The notes beneath the pieces are model-generated. The model saw only the letters and a program-made list of their open reading frames with translations, made no database searches and was not told the DNA's origin. DNA of 64,000 nucleotides from the NCBI GenBank assembly GCA_964016885.1, contig OZ024759.1, forward strand, positions 4,464,001 through 4,528,000. The letters are read 5' to 3'. The position numbers were made by a program, and so were the translations under genes. The DNA is from Eledone cirrhosa. Lineage: Eukaryota. This document shows, in pieces, positions 24,251 to 38,500 of this stretch (within the stretch, counting starts at the first letter, position 1; the number at the start of each line of letters is the position of its first letter).

Positions 24251-25647
24251 ACCTCTCTTGACCAACCCATGTATACAAGTAAGGAAAGCTTAACATTATC
24301 TCCTCCAATGCTGCTGAAATGGCTAAAAGCCCTCAGGCAACCCTGTAAGGTGGTCATGCAAGTGTCATGACAAAAGAGCACCAAGTCCTCTCTGTTAGGT
24401 AACATGACAAAAGAACACCTAACCCTCCCTGCAAGGTAGTCATGCTGATGACATGACAAATAAGCACCCAGTCCACCCTGTGAGGTAGACATGACAGAAG
24501 GCCCCTAGCCCACTCTGTAAAGTAGTCATGCTAGTGGCAAGACTGAAGGGACCCGAAGCACCCTTCAAAGTGATCAAATTGGTGACATGACTTGACACCA
24601 TTTTTTAGTTTACTTCTAAAATATCTCATTTTTATTTTACTTCTAAAATATCTCATATATTTAAAAATTACTTATTTTAAAAAATTATTATTTATTTCTT
24701 AAAAAAATTACTTTTTAAAGATTATTTAAAATTTTTTTATATTTTTTAATATTTTTTAAATATTTTTAAACATTTTAAATAGTTTAAGTACTTTTTAAGT
24801 ATTTTATTTTGTTAAAAGGGTTTTTTGAGTATCTTCTGAGATTAAAAAAAATTTTTTTTTTATTTTTCCAGAAATGTTTTCCAGAACTTTTAATATTTTA
24901 ATATTTTAAATATTTTTTAATTATTTAATATTAGAGTTATAACCAATAACTAATTCTGGCTATATATATCTTTCAACATTTATATCTTCGTCAAAATGGT
25001 CTCTTACTAACTAATAAATAAACAAAGCTGGGTTTTTCAGTATCTTCCTAATTTAAAACATTAAAAACATATAAATAATCTTATTAACTCAGTTAATTTA
25101 ATTACTTACACTAAATATAAACCAGTATCCCTCATAACTTATTAAAACAATTATCTATAACATGATATAGCCATTTATCCACTCATATATCTATTCTTCT
25201 ATCTATTGATTCTCCTATTTTCTACTTTATATCTATTTATTTTCAATTTATTATTCAATGTCTTTATATATATTTATTTTTTTCTATATATCTATTTTTC
25301 TATATACTTATAATAGTAAATATTATATTGTATTATATTAGAATTCTAACAATAATTAGTAAATATACGTAACATTAATATAAACGTAATACTTATTTAC
25401 GTTACATGAGTTCATCCTCTATAAATGTCTTTCTTCTCTCTATCTCTCTATCTATCTCATAACAGTAATTTTTTTCTCTCTCTTTCTTCTCTTTCTTCCC
25501 TATCTTTCCCCAGCGTAATTTAAATAAACGGTTGTTTTTTCAATTTTTCATACATTCATTTGCATATTCACACATAACTTTGAATTACCCCTAATAAGTT
25601 TCCCCTATCCAGCGAATTTCCGACCGTTATTTATAAAACAAATTTTG

Positions 25648-25712
25648 TATTTTATCTGATGAAAGAGCACCAAGATTGACTTGGTCGCCCTTGAAATATA
25701 TATAATAAAATA
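25648..25712 (+). ncRNA. Type I hammerhead ribozyme motif
   Basis: tattttat-CTGATGA(25656)-aagagcaccaag/cttggtcgccctt-GAAA-tatata-TA-ataaaata; 8-bp stem I, palindromic minimal stem III. Confidence 0.75.
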
Positions 25713-26826
25713 AATATGCAAAAGTTCTATTTAAATTGTTGGGATACAACAAGCAAATATGTTTATAACTGATATAAAGCACTCAACAAGTATTTGGAAT
25801 AAACATACGATATTAACAATCCTTTTGTATTTTATGTACTCAATTATACGATGTACTATATTGATTTATACTTCTCTCTATATGTGAGTATATATGTATA
25901 TGTGTATATTGACATACATGTACATGTGTTCTATGCATTTTTATGAATATATGTCTGTCTGTATGTATGCATGCGTGACGCGAATCTACCAATTGGCCGA
26001 GGATGCACACACATGTATATATATGTATATGTAAGAATTGTGTGTGTACATGTACATGTATACCCATACAATTTGATTGCAGATAGACATAACTAACAGC
26101 CATAAATGCATAACAGCTAATCTTATATATTTATATATATATATTAAAAAAAATTTGTTATAAAAAATATTTTATTTAATAACACAAAGGATGGATAACA
26201 TTAAATTAAAAATTCATTTATGCTTTGTATGTATATATTATATACGTGGTTAGATATGGTGTGTATTTTGTGAGTGTGTGTATATATATATATTTATGTG
26301 TATTTTTGCGTGTGTGTACGTGTTATATGATATGTAGTTCTCTAGCAATATATAGATTTCTTAATGTTTAGATTCCAATTTTTAATATATTGATCTCAAT
26401 TTTTAAACTAAATATCTAATCATAGTTAAACAATGATTAATTTCTCATATTATGTATGTATATTCCATTCATGATTATTAATATTTCTAATTTTATTTAT
26501 TCATTTCATCTCAATTGTTAAGTTAACTTAATATGACATGACTTAATGTGTTCATTCTTTCCCCCTCTCTCTATCTCTATATTTTTGTCTCTGTCTGGTG
26601 TTTTGATATATCTCTCTCGTTTTTCTCTCCTTTTTCTTTTTTCTTGTTTTCTTTCTTTCTTTCTCCCTTTTCTCTCTCTCCGTCCTTTTCCTTATCTGTA
26701 ACACAACGACTTATTTTAAAAATACTAATATAAGTAAACAACTCCACTATCCCTGAGTCTTCCAAAAGTAACGGTTGCATTTTGTAAGGGTATGTCAATA
26801 TTTATTTATAAAACTGTTATATATTG

Positions 26827-26891
26827 TATTTTGTCTGATGAAAGCATACCATAATTTAACATGGTATCCTTGAAATATGTATAATGAAATA
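26827..26891 (+). ncRNA. Type I hammerhead ribozyme motif, paralog of the 25648 motif
   Basis: tattttgt-CTGATGA(26835)-aagcataccat/atggtatcctt-GAAA-tatgta-TA-atgaaata; outer arms tatttataaaac/gttttataaata extend stem I. Confidence 0.75.
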
Positions 26892-27601
26892 GATATGGTT
26901 TTATAAATATAGTTTCCATTTGTTAATATCGTATAATAAAATAAATATAGTTTTATAAATCATCATCACCGTTTTACGTCCGTTCTTCCATGCTAGCATG
27001 GGTTAGACGGGTTGTCCTGTTGTGGGCAGTGTCTGGTCGGCTGACCATGCCTTGCTCATACAGGAACTGATTTTGGCTTTTCTATAGCCGGATGCCCTTC
27101 CTAACACCAACCTCATTTACAGTGAGTGTTGCGTGCTTTTTTCCGTGGCACCTATGCGTCCACTTTACAGTGTGGGCTGGGTGCTTTTTTTGTGTGGCAC
27201 CTCCACGACCACTTTGCAGTGGGAGGGTGTGGGGGCATATTGTCTATATGCTTCAGCTTGAACCCATGGGAGGTCGGGTACTCTGTATTACTGCGTGATG
27301 CCAGAGGTCACGGTCGTGTGTCATCGCCTTTGAGAGGTGTGTGTTTATATATATATATATATACAAATAAATTATCGAGAATCGGAATCTCGGCCCATGA
27401 AATAATGAAACACAATCAAAGTGCTCAATAGTTTGGATAAACCAGAGCTATAACTAACGTTTAAATACCAACACACTGAGATAATGCTTAAAATCATTCG
27501 CACAGCCGAAAAAAACGACCAAGAAAATTCGGGTCAGACAAATAATAAATATATATATATATATTTTTTCTTTTAACATATATGTGTATATAAAATATAT
27601 A

Positions 27602-27676
27602 CAGGGTCTCCCCAAAAATGTATACACACTTCAACTACAGTCTATGTAAGTGTGTATACATTTTGGGGGGACACTG
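27602..27676. mobile_element. 75-bp Tc1/mariner-type mini-MITE
   Basis: TA|CAGGGTCTCCCCAAAAATGTATACACACTT...AAGTGTGTATACATTTTGGGGGGACACTG|TA. Confidence 0.75.
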
Positions 27677-28134
27677 TAATATACATATCATTAAACGTAT
27701 CTCCTACATGTGTATAAATAAATATACATGTATTTAATTAACAATTTTCTGTAGAATCTGTTAAACATGGAAGAAAATGTGGAGACTAAATAAAATTAAC
27801 GTGTTGGTCACATTAACTTAATAATATAACTATATATTAATGAAATATGTCGAAATAAAAGTTGTAATTGTGACAAAAATATTGAGTTGGTAGTTTATTA
27901 TGACCAAGACTACTCATTATCCCACTACATATTTTGTATACTATATATATACTGTATATATACAGTTTATATATATATACACACACACATATAATTGCGT
28001 ATTCACACATTATCTTAGTAATGAAATAATAATTTTAGTAAATTGTTCACCAGGCAATTCCTTCCTCAATCATTACATAGATGTGTGTATGCAATAATTA
28101 TTTTGTATTGTGTGTCTATTTAGAAATATGTATG

Positions 28135-31100
28135 TGTAGATGTGTGTGTGTGTGTAACACAGTAGATGTGTGTGTATGTAACACAATAGATGTGTGTGTA
28201 TGTAACCCAGTAGATGTGTGTGTATGTAACTCAGCAGATGTGTGTGTGTAACACAGTAGATGTGTGTGTATGTAACTCAGCAGATGTGTGTGTATGTAAC
28301 ACAGTATGTGTATGTAACACACTAGATGTGTGTGTATATATAACACAGTAGATGTGTATGTAACACAGTAGATGTGTATATATAACACAGTAGATGCGTG
28401 TATATGTAACACAGTAGATGTGTATATATAACACAGTAGATGTGTATGTAACACAGATATGTATATATAACACAGTAGATGTGTGTGTATGTAACACAGA
28501 TGTGTGTGTATGTAACAAGTAGATGTGTGTATGTAACACAGTAGATGTGTATATATAACATAGTAGATGTGTGTGTATGTAACACAGATGTGTGTATGTA
28601 ACTCAGCAGATGTGTGTGTGTAACACACTAGATGTGTGTGTATGTAACACAGTAGATGTGTGTGTATGTAACACAGTAGATGTGTGTGTAACACAGTATG
28701 TGTATGTAACACACTAGATGTATGTGTATATATAACACAGTAGATGTGTATGTAACACAGTAGATGTGTATATATAACACAGTAGATGTGTGTATATGTA
28801 ACACAGTAGATGTGTATATATAACACAGTAGATGTGTATGTAACACAGTAGATGTGTATATATAACACAGTAGATGTGTGTATGTAACACAGTAGATGTG
28901 TATGTAACACAGTAGATGTGTATATATACCATAGTAGATGTGTGTGTATGTAACACAGATGTGTGTATGTAACTCAGCAGATGTGTGTGTGTAACACAGT
29001 AGATGTGTGTGTATGTAACTCAGCAGATGTGTGTGTATGTAACTCAGCAGATGTATGTGTATGTAACACAGTAGATGTGTGTGTGTGTAACACAGTATGT
29101 GTATGTAACACACTAGATATGTGTGTATATATAACACAGTAGATGTGTATGTAACACAGTAGATGTGTATATATAACACAGTAGATGTGTGTATATGTAA
29201 CACAGTAGATGTGTATATATAACACAGTAGATGTGTATGTAACACAGTAGATGTGTATATATAACACAGTAGATGTGTGTGTATGTAACACAGATGTGTG
29301 TGTATGTAACAAGTAGATGTGTGTATGTAACACAGTAGATGTGTATGTGTAACACAGTAGATGTGTATATATAACACAGTAGATGTGTGTGTATGTAACA
29401 CAGATGTGTGTGTATGTAACAAGTAGATGTGTGCATGTAACACAGCAGATGTGTGTGTAACACAGTAGATGTGTGTGTATGTAACTCAGCAGATGTGTGT
29501 GTATGTAACAAGTAGATGTGTGTATGTAACACTGTAGATGTGTATGTAACACAGTAGATGTGTATATATAACATAGTAGATGTGTGTGTATGTAACACAG
29601 ATGTGTGTATGTAACTCAGCAGATGTGTGTGTGTAACACAGTAGATGTGTGTGTATGTAACTCAGCAGATGTGTGTGTATGTAACACAGTAGATGTGTGT
29701 GTGTAACACAGTATCAGTATGTAACACACTAGATGTGTGTGTATATATAACACAGTAGATGTGTGTGTATATATAACACAGTAGATTTGTGTGTGTGTGT
29801 AACACAGTATGTGTATGTAACACACTAGATGTGTGTGTATATATAACACAGTAGATGTGTATGTAACACAGTAGATGTGTATGTAACACAGTAGATGTGT
29901 ATATATAACACAGTAGATGTGTATATATAACACAGTAGATGTGTGTATATGTAACACAGTAGATGTGTATATATAACACAGTAGATGTGTATGTAACACA
30001 GTAGATGTGTATATATAACACAGTAGATGTGTGTGTATGTAACACAGATGTGTGTGTATGTAACAAGTAGATGTGTGTATGTAACACAGTAGATGTGTAT
30101 GTAATACAGTAGATGTGTATATATACCATAGTAGATGTGTGTGTATGTAACACAGATGTGTGTATGTAACTCAGCAGATGTGTGTGTGTAATACAGTAGA
30201 TGTGTGTGTATGTAACTCAGCAGATGTGTGTGTATGTAACTCAGCAGATGTGTGTGTATGTAACACAGTAGATGTGTGTGTGTGTGTAACACAGTATGTG
30301 TATGTAACACACTAGATGTGTGTGTATATATAACACAGTAGATGTGTATGTAACACAGTAGATGTGTATATATAACACAGTAGATGTGTGTATATGTAAC
30401 ACAGTAGATGTGTATATATAACACAGTAGATGTGTATGTAACACAGTAGATGTGTATATATAACACAGTAGATGTGTGTGTATGTAACACAGATGTGTGT
30501 GTATGTAACAAGTAGATGTGTGTATGTAACACAGTAGATGTGTATGTGTAACACAGTAGATGTGTATATATAACACAGTAGATGTGTGTGTATGTAACAC
30601 AGATGTGTGTGTATGTAACAAGTAGATGTGTGTATGTAACACAGCAGATGTGTGTGTGTAACACAGTAGATGTGTGTGTATGAACTCAGCAGATGTGTGT
30701 GTATGTAACAAGTAGATGTGTGTATGTAACACAGTAGATGTGTATGTAACACAGTAGATGTGTATATATAACATAGTAGATGTGTGTGTATGTAACACAG
30801 TAGATGTGTGTGTGTGTGTAACACAGTATGTGTATGTAACACACTAGATGTGTGTGTATATATAACACAGTAGATGTGTGTGTATATATAACACAGTAGA
30901 TGTGTGTGTGTGTGTAACACAGTATGTGTATGTAACACACTAGATGTGTGTGTATATATAACACAGTAGATGTGTATGTAACACAGTAGATGTGTATATA
31001 TAACACAGTAGATGTGTGTATATGTAACACAGTAGATGTGTGTATGTAACACAGTAGATGTGTATGTAACACAGTAGATGTGTATATATAACATAGTAGA

Positions 31101-31680
31101 TGTGTGTGTATGTAACACAGATGTGTGTATGTAACTCAGCAGATGTGTGTATGTAACACAGTAGATGTGTGTGTATGTAACTCAGCAGATGTGTGTGTAT
31201 GTAACACAGTAGATGTGTGTGTGTGTGTAACACAGTATGTGTATGTAACACACTAGATGTGTGTGTATATATAACACAGTAGATGTGTATGTAACACAGT
31301 AGATGTGTATATATAACACATTAGATGTGTGTATATGTAACACAGTAGATGTGTATATATAACACAGTAGATGTGTGTATGTAACAGATGTGTGTGTATG
31401 TAACACAGTACATGTGTGTATGTAACACAGTAGATGTGTATGTAACACAGTAGATGTGTATATATAACACAGTAGATGTGTGTATATATAACACAGTAGA
31501 TGTGTGTGTATGTAACACAGTAGATGTGTGTATGTAACAGTATATGTATGTGTATGTAACACACTAGATGTGTGTGTATATGTAACACAGTAGATCTGTG
31601 TGTATGTAACACAGTAGATCTGTGTGTATGTAATACAGTACATGTATGTATGTAACACAGTAGATGTGTGTGTATGTAAC
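28135..31680. repeat. Complex satellite, ~20-28-bp variable units around taacacagtagatgtg
   Basis: Fixed core with variable (TG)n/(TA)n; all HTH/CYI ORFs here are artefacts. Confidence 0.95.
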
Positions 31681-32539
31681 TAAAGTGTAACGTACGTTAC
31701 GAATGGACAACTAAAAGATTTTAACTTGTTTTTTAACAATTCATGGTGGAAAAAAATTTTAGTTGTCTCAATTCAGACCATAAAGGGCCGCAACACACGG
31801 TGTTTGACGCACTTACCGGCTACATAGCCTCGGAGTCTATTTTACTGAGACCAGCTACATATCTTCTTCCTAAAATCTTCCAACATAATTTTATACAAGA
31901 ACCACATATTAAGTTACTAATAAAATAATTAATAATTAAAAACTTCAGTAAATCCTTCAAATGATATCTCAGTAATGAAATAATTAATAATTGTTATAAA
32001 TACCTCAAAATTCCTCATTAATTAAACCCAAGACAGGTAAAAACTCCAGAGTCTTTCAATCGGACATGAAACAAATTAATTTCTAATGAAAGAAGATTGT
32101 AAAGTCAGCCAAGGGAGATCACTCTCAGCGACTTATCGTAATTCTTGTTCCTGAATTAATCCGGATGAAAATATTCCGGTGTATTTTGTGTGGAGGAAAC
32201 CGGATTTAGGCGGTGATAGCACGCAATACATGAACGTATGGTTCGTGAGTTCGAATCCCATACCGGGTGGTCTGTACGTCGGAGCCTTGAACAAGACACT
32301 TTATTTCTCATTGTTTTATTTCACCCAGCTGGCAAAAATAATAAGTTGTAATAATTATAGTGGAAATGTTGTTACATAGAATTGTCACACTGAATCTCCC
32401 TGAGAAGAATGTCAACGGTATACGTGTCAATGAAATACTCAGACACATTATAATATAAGATGGGTTCTACATGTATTTCAAAGGGAAGCCATGCCATACG
32501 TCTTGCTGAATCTCCCTGAGAACTACGTATATACTAGTG

Positions 32540-33220
32540 ACTATCAGACATAGTGTATCTAGGATTACATTATCTAATGTACAGTACAGTAGTTAGTATT
32601 AGTGGCTATAAGACATAGTATATCTAGGACTACATTATCTAATGTACAGTATAGAAATTAGTATTACTGGCTATAAGACATAGTGTAACTAGGACTACAT
32701 TATCTAATGTACAGTATAGAAATTAGTATTAATGGCTATCAGACATAGTGTACCTAGGACTACATTATCTAATGTACAGTATAGTGTCTATCAGACATAG
32801 TGTACCTAGGACTACATTATCTAATGTACAGTATAGTGGCTATCAGACATAGTGTACCTCGGACTACATTATCTAATGTACAGTATAGTAGCTATTAGAC
32901 ATAGTGTACCTAGGACTACATTATCTAATGTACAGTATAGTGGCTATCAGACATAGTGTATCTAGGACTAGATTGTCTAATGTACAGTATAGTGGCTATC
33001 AGACATAGTGTATCTAGGACTACATTATATAATGTACAGTATAGTGGCTATCAGACATAGTGTACCTAGGACTACATTGTCTAATGTACAGTATAGTGGC
33101 TATCAGACATAGTGTACCTAGGACTACATTATATAATGTACAGTATAATGGCTATCAGACATAGTGTACCTAGGACTACATTATCTAATGTACTATATAG
33201 CAGTTAGTAATTGTGGCTAT
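32540..33220. repeat. 52-bp minisatellite (first units longer), ~12 copies, following a SINE
   Basis: agacatagtgtacctaggactacattatctaatgtacagtatagtggctatc. Confidence 0.92.
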
Positions 33221-34315
33221 CATTATTATAGACTTCAAGTCGGTAGAGGGTCAGACGCCATGCTTTCCAGCATAGTTACGTCCCTTTACGATCTGAGTTC
33301 AAATCCCGCCGAGGTTGACTTTGTCTTTCATCCTTAGGGGGTCGATAAAATAAAGTACCAGTAATGCACTGGGTAATTACTGGTCTTGTGCCTAAAGTAG
33401 AAACAATTATTATAGACTTCAAGTAAATCTTTGTCAACTTACCTCCTTCACATATAATCAATGTGTTGTGTTGTTAGTTGTTACTAAACAACCAAAGAAA
33501 TAATCTCTTTGTTATCAAATTAGAAGTTTCAATGTTATCAGCTTTATTTCCCGACATTAACGTTGGTGTATCTTCTTCATCTTTAGTCATAAATTGATAT
33601 CTTGTCAGAATGAAGTAGTGAGGATGACTTTATATCTTTAGCTACAGATTTGATAGGAAATATATATAGATTAGATTGATATGTGGTCTAAAATATATAT
33701 ATTGTCTATAAATGACTGATAGCAGATGTTCTGGTGAAATAGTAGTTTTACTACTACAGATTGTAATGGAACTCTTAGTAGACACAATTGTAAAGTAAGA
33801 ATAGATATGACAGTGTAAGACTGATGTCGGGGAAATAAACTTGTGTATATATATATAATTGTTACACAAGATATAATTAGATTAATTAAAGTTATAATTG
33901 TTTCTACTTTAGGCACAAGGCCAGCAAAGACCCAGTGCATTACCAGTACTTTATTTTATCGACCCCGTAAGGATGAAAGGCAAAGTCAACCTCGGCGGGA
34001 TTTGAACTCAGATCGTAAAGGGACGTAACTATGCTGGAAAGCATGGCGTCCGACCCTCTACCGATACTGCCAATTCACCGCAATGAAGGCAGCAGGTACT
34101 CGGTATCGTTGCGCATGTTTCAACTCTCTTCCCGGTGTCATACGTTAAAAGTCCCTGATATAATTTAATACCTTCAGACACAGTTCCAATCGTTTTTAGT
34201 TTATTGTAAATCAGAAAGTATCACTCTATAAAATATCAATTATATATCAATAAGAAAACCTCTAGGTAGTCTCACTGACTGCTAGAAATAGCAGCGATAT
34301 TACCCATTACAACTG

Positions 34316-34346
<31 letters not shown>

Positions 34347-34983
34347 CACACATATATGTACGTATGTATGTATATGTGTATATATGTGTATGAATGAGTG
34401 TGTATGTGTGTATATGTGTACATAGGGTTTTGGTATATGTACGTTTGGTGAACATATGTGTATTTACCTGTAGGTATGTGTGAGTGTGCGTTCTATACGC
34501 ATTTATGCGTGTATATTTATATATGTATTTATAATTATATGTATATATACACACACAAACATATATTTATATGTGTATTTGGTGCATACAATCGTATGTG
34601 TGCGGGTATATGTGTTGCGCCGGTTTACGTCCGTGCGCGCCTGTTTATGTGTACGTATATGTATATGCATGCATGCCGTGAGTTTTCGCATATGCTCGTG
34701 TATAAATGTGTGTATGTATATATTTAATTATTATTACTTTTATGATTTTAATGACATCTGTCATTTTCGTTCAACTAATTTATTTACATTATTCTGGACT
34801 CCGAAGCCGAGCATCATTCAGTTTCCTTAATAGAATATTAGTCTACGACTCCATTTACACCATAAACGTGGTTTTGTCTTTACGTGTAATTGTTGTCACC
34901 GCTCCACATAACGACGTATTATCTTCTTTTTCCCGTTCATTGCCAGGGAACGTCTTCACGAATCAAAGCATAAATTATTTTCA

Positions 34984-35544
34984 CGAGCTGACGTACCCAG
35001 CTTCGCCCGGGTAAATAGATGATAAAAGAAAAGGTCCCTATTTACTCCCTTCACAACTCTGTATGTTAGACTGACAGACAGGCACACAGACAGATAAACT
35101 GCGTGGCGATTGTGGAACGCCACACGTATACACACATACACGCACACAAACTTACACACGCACCCGTGCACTTACACACACGCACACACTCACACATGTT
35201 GATAGTTTTTACTTTCTGTGGAACGCTGCACGCACGCACACATACATAAACATACGCGCACGTACATACACACGCACACATGTTAATAGTTATTGCTTTA
35301 CTCCCCCTCTTATTTCCACACACATCACACACACACACGTCTCTACACTGACACATATACATAGTGTATCCAACACAGCGTTCACTTTGCCTCTCTCTCG
35401 CCTCTCACTCTCTCATTGGCATTATACATATTAATTTAAGTTTGGCGTCGTTGAGGTGGGCGGAGTCGTTAGAAACCTATGAACCAATGATAATCGAGAA
35501 TTATGACACACGGAATATTGACATTGTTGAAATTAATATATAGA
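34984..35544 (-). mobile_element. Non-autonomous mini-Helitron, deletion derivative of the adjacent element
   Basis: 5' TCTATATATTAAT at 35544; body matches 40970-41383; same 3' hairpin, terminus CTCG|T. Confidence 0.88.
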
Positions 35545-38500
35545 CTAGCTGACGTACCCAGCTTCGCCCGGGTAAACAGATGATAAGAGAAGACAGGTAA
35601 AAGAGAAAATGTCTGTATTGGATGTTTGTCTGGTTACAGTGTGAGGCGAGTCCGTGTTGTCTGTGTGATACAAAAAAACTGTAAAAGAAATCTTCCAGAT
35701 ATACCAGATTCTTCGTTGTCCGGTTTGTGCATAGTATATGAACAATTCTAGGTGCTCCCACCTAGAATAGTGACCTCTAGGAGATGGTTCCTCTTCGGCC
35801 TGACTGGAAAACGTGTATCATTGCATAGACGTGGTTGTTCCACGTTTCTCAAAAGGATGATGGAAGTTCCAATCTGTTATATTATATGTAGATATAGATA
35901 TAGATAATTAATAAAAAAGATGTCCGTCAATGTAAAGAAGGTCCCTATTTACTTGAAATGGTTTATACAAATGCCAAATTAATATGGATATGGATAACAT
36001 GCTTATCTATAAGTGGTCAGCTATAATAATAAACCAACAAATTATATGACACAAACATTTATTCAGTAATTTCCAGGCTCTTAGCCACTGAGTAATAGAC
36101 AGTCAATATTGCCCAGAGTTCAACTCGGGGAGGTGGCCTGGTTTGAACTCAAAATGGCGGATCCTTCTACTTCGAAAATAGAATGGTTTTTCAATATTAC
36201 TCTAGCCCTGGCCGGCCATAGGCACCAAACTTTTTGCCAGACTCAGCATATGATGAGGTTTTATTACCACTGCAATCAGAAGCGATAAATTTGAAGGCAA
36301 TTTCTACCAATACTTGTTGGTTTTTATTGCTCATTATCGACAATAAATGACATTGAACATAAATGATAACTCTGCCAAAGCTCACAATACAGATGAAAGG
36401 AAACCAATGTCCGAATCATATACGTCGCTTATTGATAGCATTAAAGATATGCATACATCAGCTCAAAGCTTCATTATAGACAATATTTAGGTTTGTTCCT
36501 CTGTTAGTGGTATCAATTGCAAATTTTATACCATCAGGATCGCACACTCGAGATGCAGCAACATACAGTTGCCCATGGCTGGATCATTCAAGCAGACACC
36601 GACTCGCTTGAAAGTCTGTCCCTGTGCCTTGTTGACAGTCATGGAGAAGGCCAAATTGACGGGAAACTGTCTCCTTTGCCAAATAAATGGCAGCAGATCT
36701 TCACTTGGTCTCAGCATGATCCTCGGAATGAGAACCGATTCCTCTCTGCCTGGGAGTTTAGCTTCTAAAACTCTTCCGTTAATCAATCTCTCAACAATCA
36801 ATCTGGTACCATTGCAAAGACCCATTTTATGATTGATATTTCTAAGCAATATAATCGGCAAACCCTTTTTCAACCTCAAAATATGTGGGGGAAATCCGGG
36901 TATTTGAAGTGAATTCAGATACTCAGTCGGAACATCCATACTGTTCTGCTGATTAGGCTCCATTGCATCCGCACTGACGGTCAACCATTCCTCTCCAGGA
37001 AACATTCCGGCTACTTGTGAATTTATTTCATCGACCGTTGCATTCGTATGAGTTAGAATAACACGTTCCGATATTCAGGAGAGATTCTGCCAAAAAGCAT
37101 TCAAATTAGGGAACACCCAGTCAATCAAGCCTTGGCGGTCCAGTGGCATGACCAAATGGTCTGGGATTCATACAGTCTGATTATCACCAACGTGTGGCAA
37201 TTCATCGTTTCCCAACTGCATCAACCATCGGCCGTATGTCTCAGCCTCTTCGTTTTGCCCGAACATAGGAAGTCGCATATTATCGTGTAATCGCAAAACT
37301 CTGAAATGGCGCCACAATGGGTACTTTTTCAGACATGCATCGACAATTTGCGCTCTTTGAGCATTCCTAACAATTGGTAGCACCTGTCTGAAATCGCCAC
37401 CAACAACGATAGTCTTACCACTGAATGGCAGGTCACTACCGCAGATATCTCTCAAAGTTCTGTCCAATGCCTCCAGCAAATATCTGTGTGCCATTGGAGC
37501 CTCGTCCCAAATAATCAGAGACGTATTGCGTATAAGGCCCGCGAGTTCACTTTGTCCTGTAATATTACAGACACTCAACTCATCTGGAGCCAATGGAGCC
37601 TTGAAGCATGAGTGGAAGGTCCTTACACCACTCAGCAAAGTGGCAGCGATGCCCCTGGTGGGCACAGGGAGAGCAATCTTCCTCTGAGCTCTGACTGCCG
37701 ATAACATAGTGTTGAAACAGAATGTCTTTCCGGTGCCTCCTGGAACATCTATGAAAGCACAAAGTTGCTCATTAGTGGAAATCGAGTGGAGAGCGCCATC
37801 GACCAATTCTCTGTGAGATTGGGTCAACATTGGCATACGTTCATCCACAATACGTTGCTGTTCCAGTGGATCAAACTGGAATAGTTCCCTCCGATCGAGT
37901 GGCAACCGTCTAAGCTGCAATCTCATGTTCAATGCTAAGACACGTTGCCGCATTTCTTCATCAGGAATTGGTAAATTGAAATCTGTTAAACATTTCAAAT
38001 GAACTTCGAGCAGTTGCTCAATATTGAGCAAAACAATAGCTTTCAGCAAATTTTCATCATAGACCTGAAGATGATGCCTAAAATCATCAGCCATAATTCC
38101 CCAATGGCGTTCAAATAACTCTCTTGGATCGGCAGGTTTGCAGAATCCTAGAATCGTGACAAATAACTGCCTTATTCGAGCTGGCATCTGTGTTGTTCCT
38201 GCAGCTTCCATGGCGTTATTCCATTCAGCGTCATCCTGAAGGAGTCCCAGATGCTGACCCACAGCCTGGTATCTTTTATATTCCACGCCATTGATTGTTT
38301 TCAAATCAGCGAAGCTCTGTTTACCTCTCGAAAAATCACTATGCAACAGAACTCGGAGATAAAACACATCACCAGATGCTGGATGGACATTACAAACCCG
38401 TCCAATAGTCATGAATCTCAACTTTTGTTTTCTATCATTCCATTTCTTTCCCTTCTTATCCCACGTATAGTGCGAAGGGAAATCGCAGTAGAGTTGCTTT

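Noticed and set aside
28140-28170. Shared acagtagatg word between the 28-31 kb satellite and the 54-bp array
   Set aside because: Only 10 bp match, in the opposite orientation, and the similarity does not extend.
28116-31658. Many His/Thr/Cys/Tyr-rich ORFs (likewise 45500-47850 and 57786-58949)
   Set aside because: They are translations of satellites and (TA)n/(CA)n microsatellites.
31805-31830. Strong minus-strand donor ccg|gtaagt
   Set aside because: It lies in a diverged SINE-head-like sequence, with no credible exon upstream.
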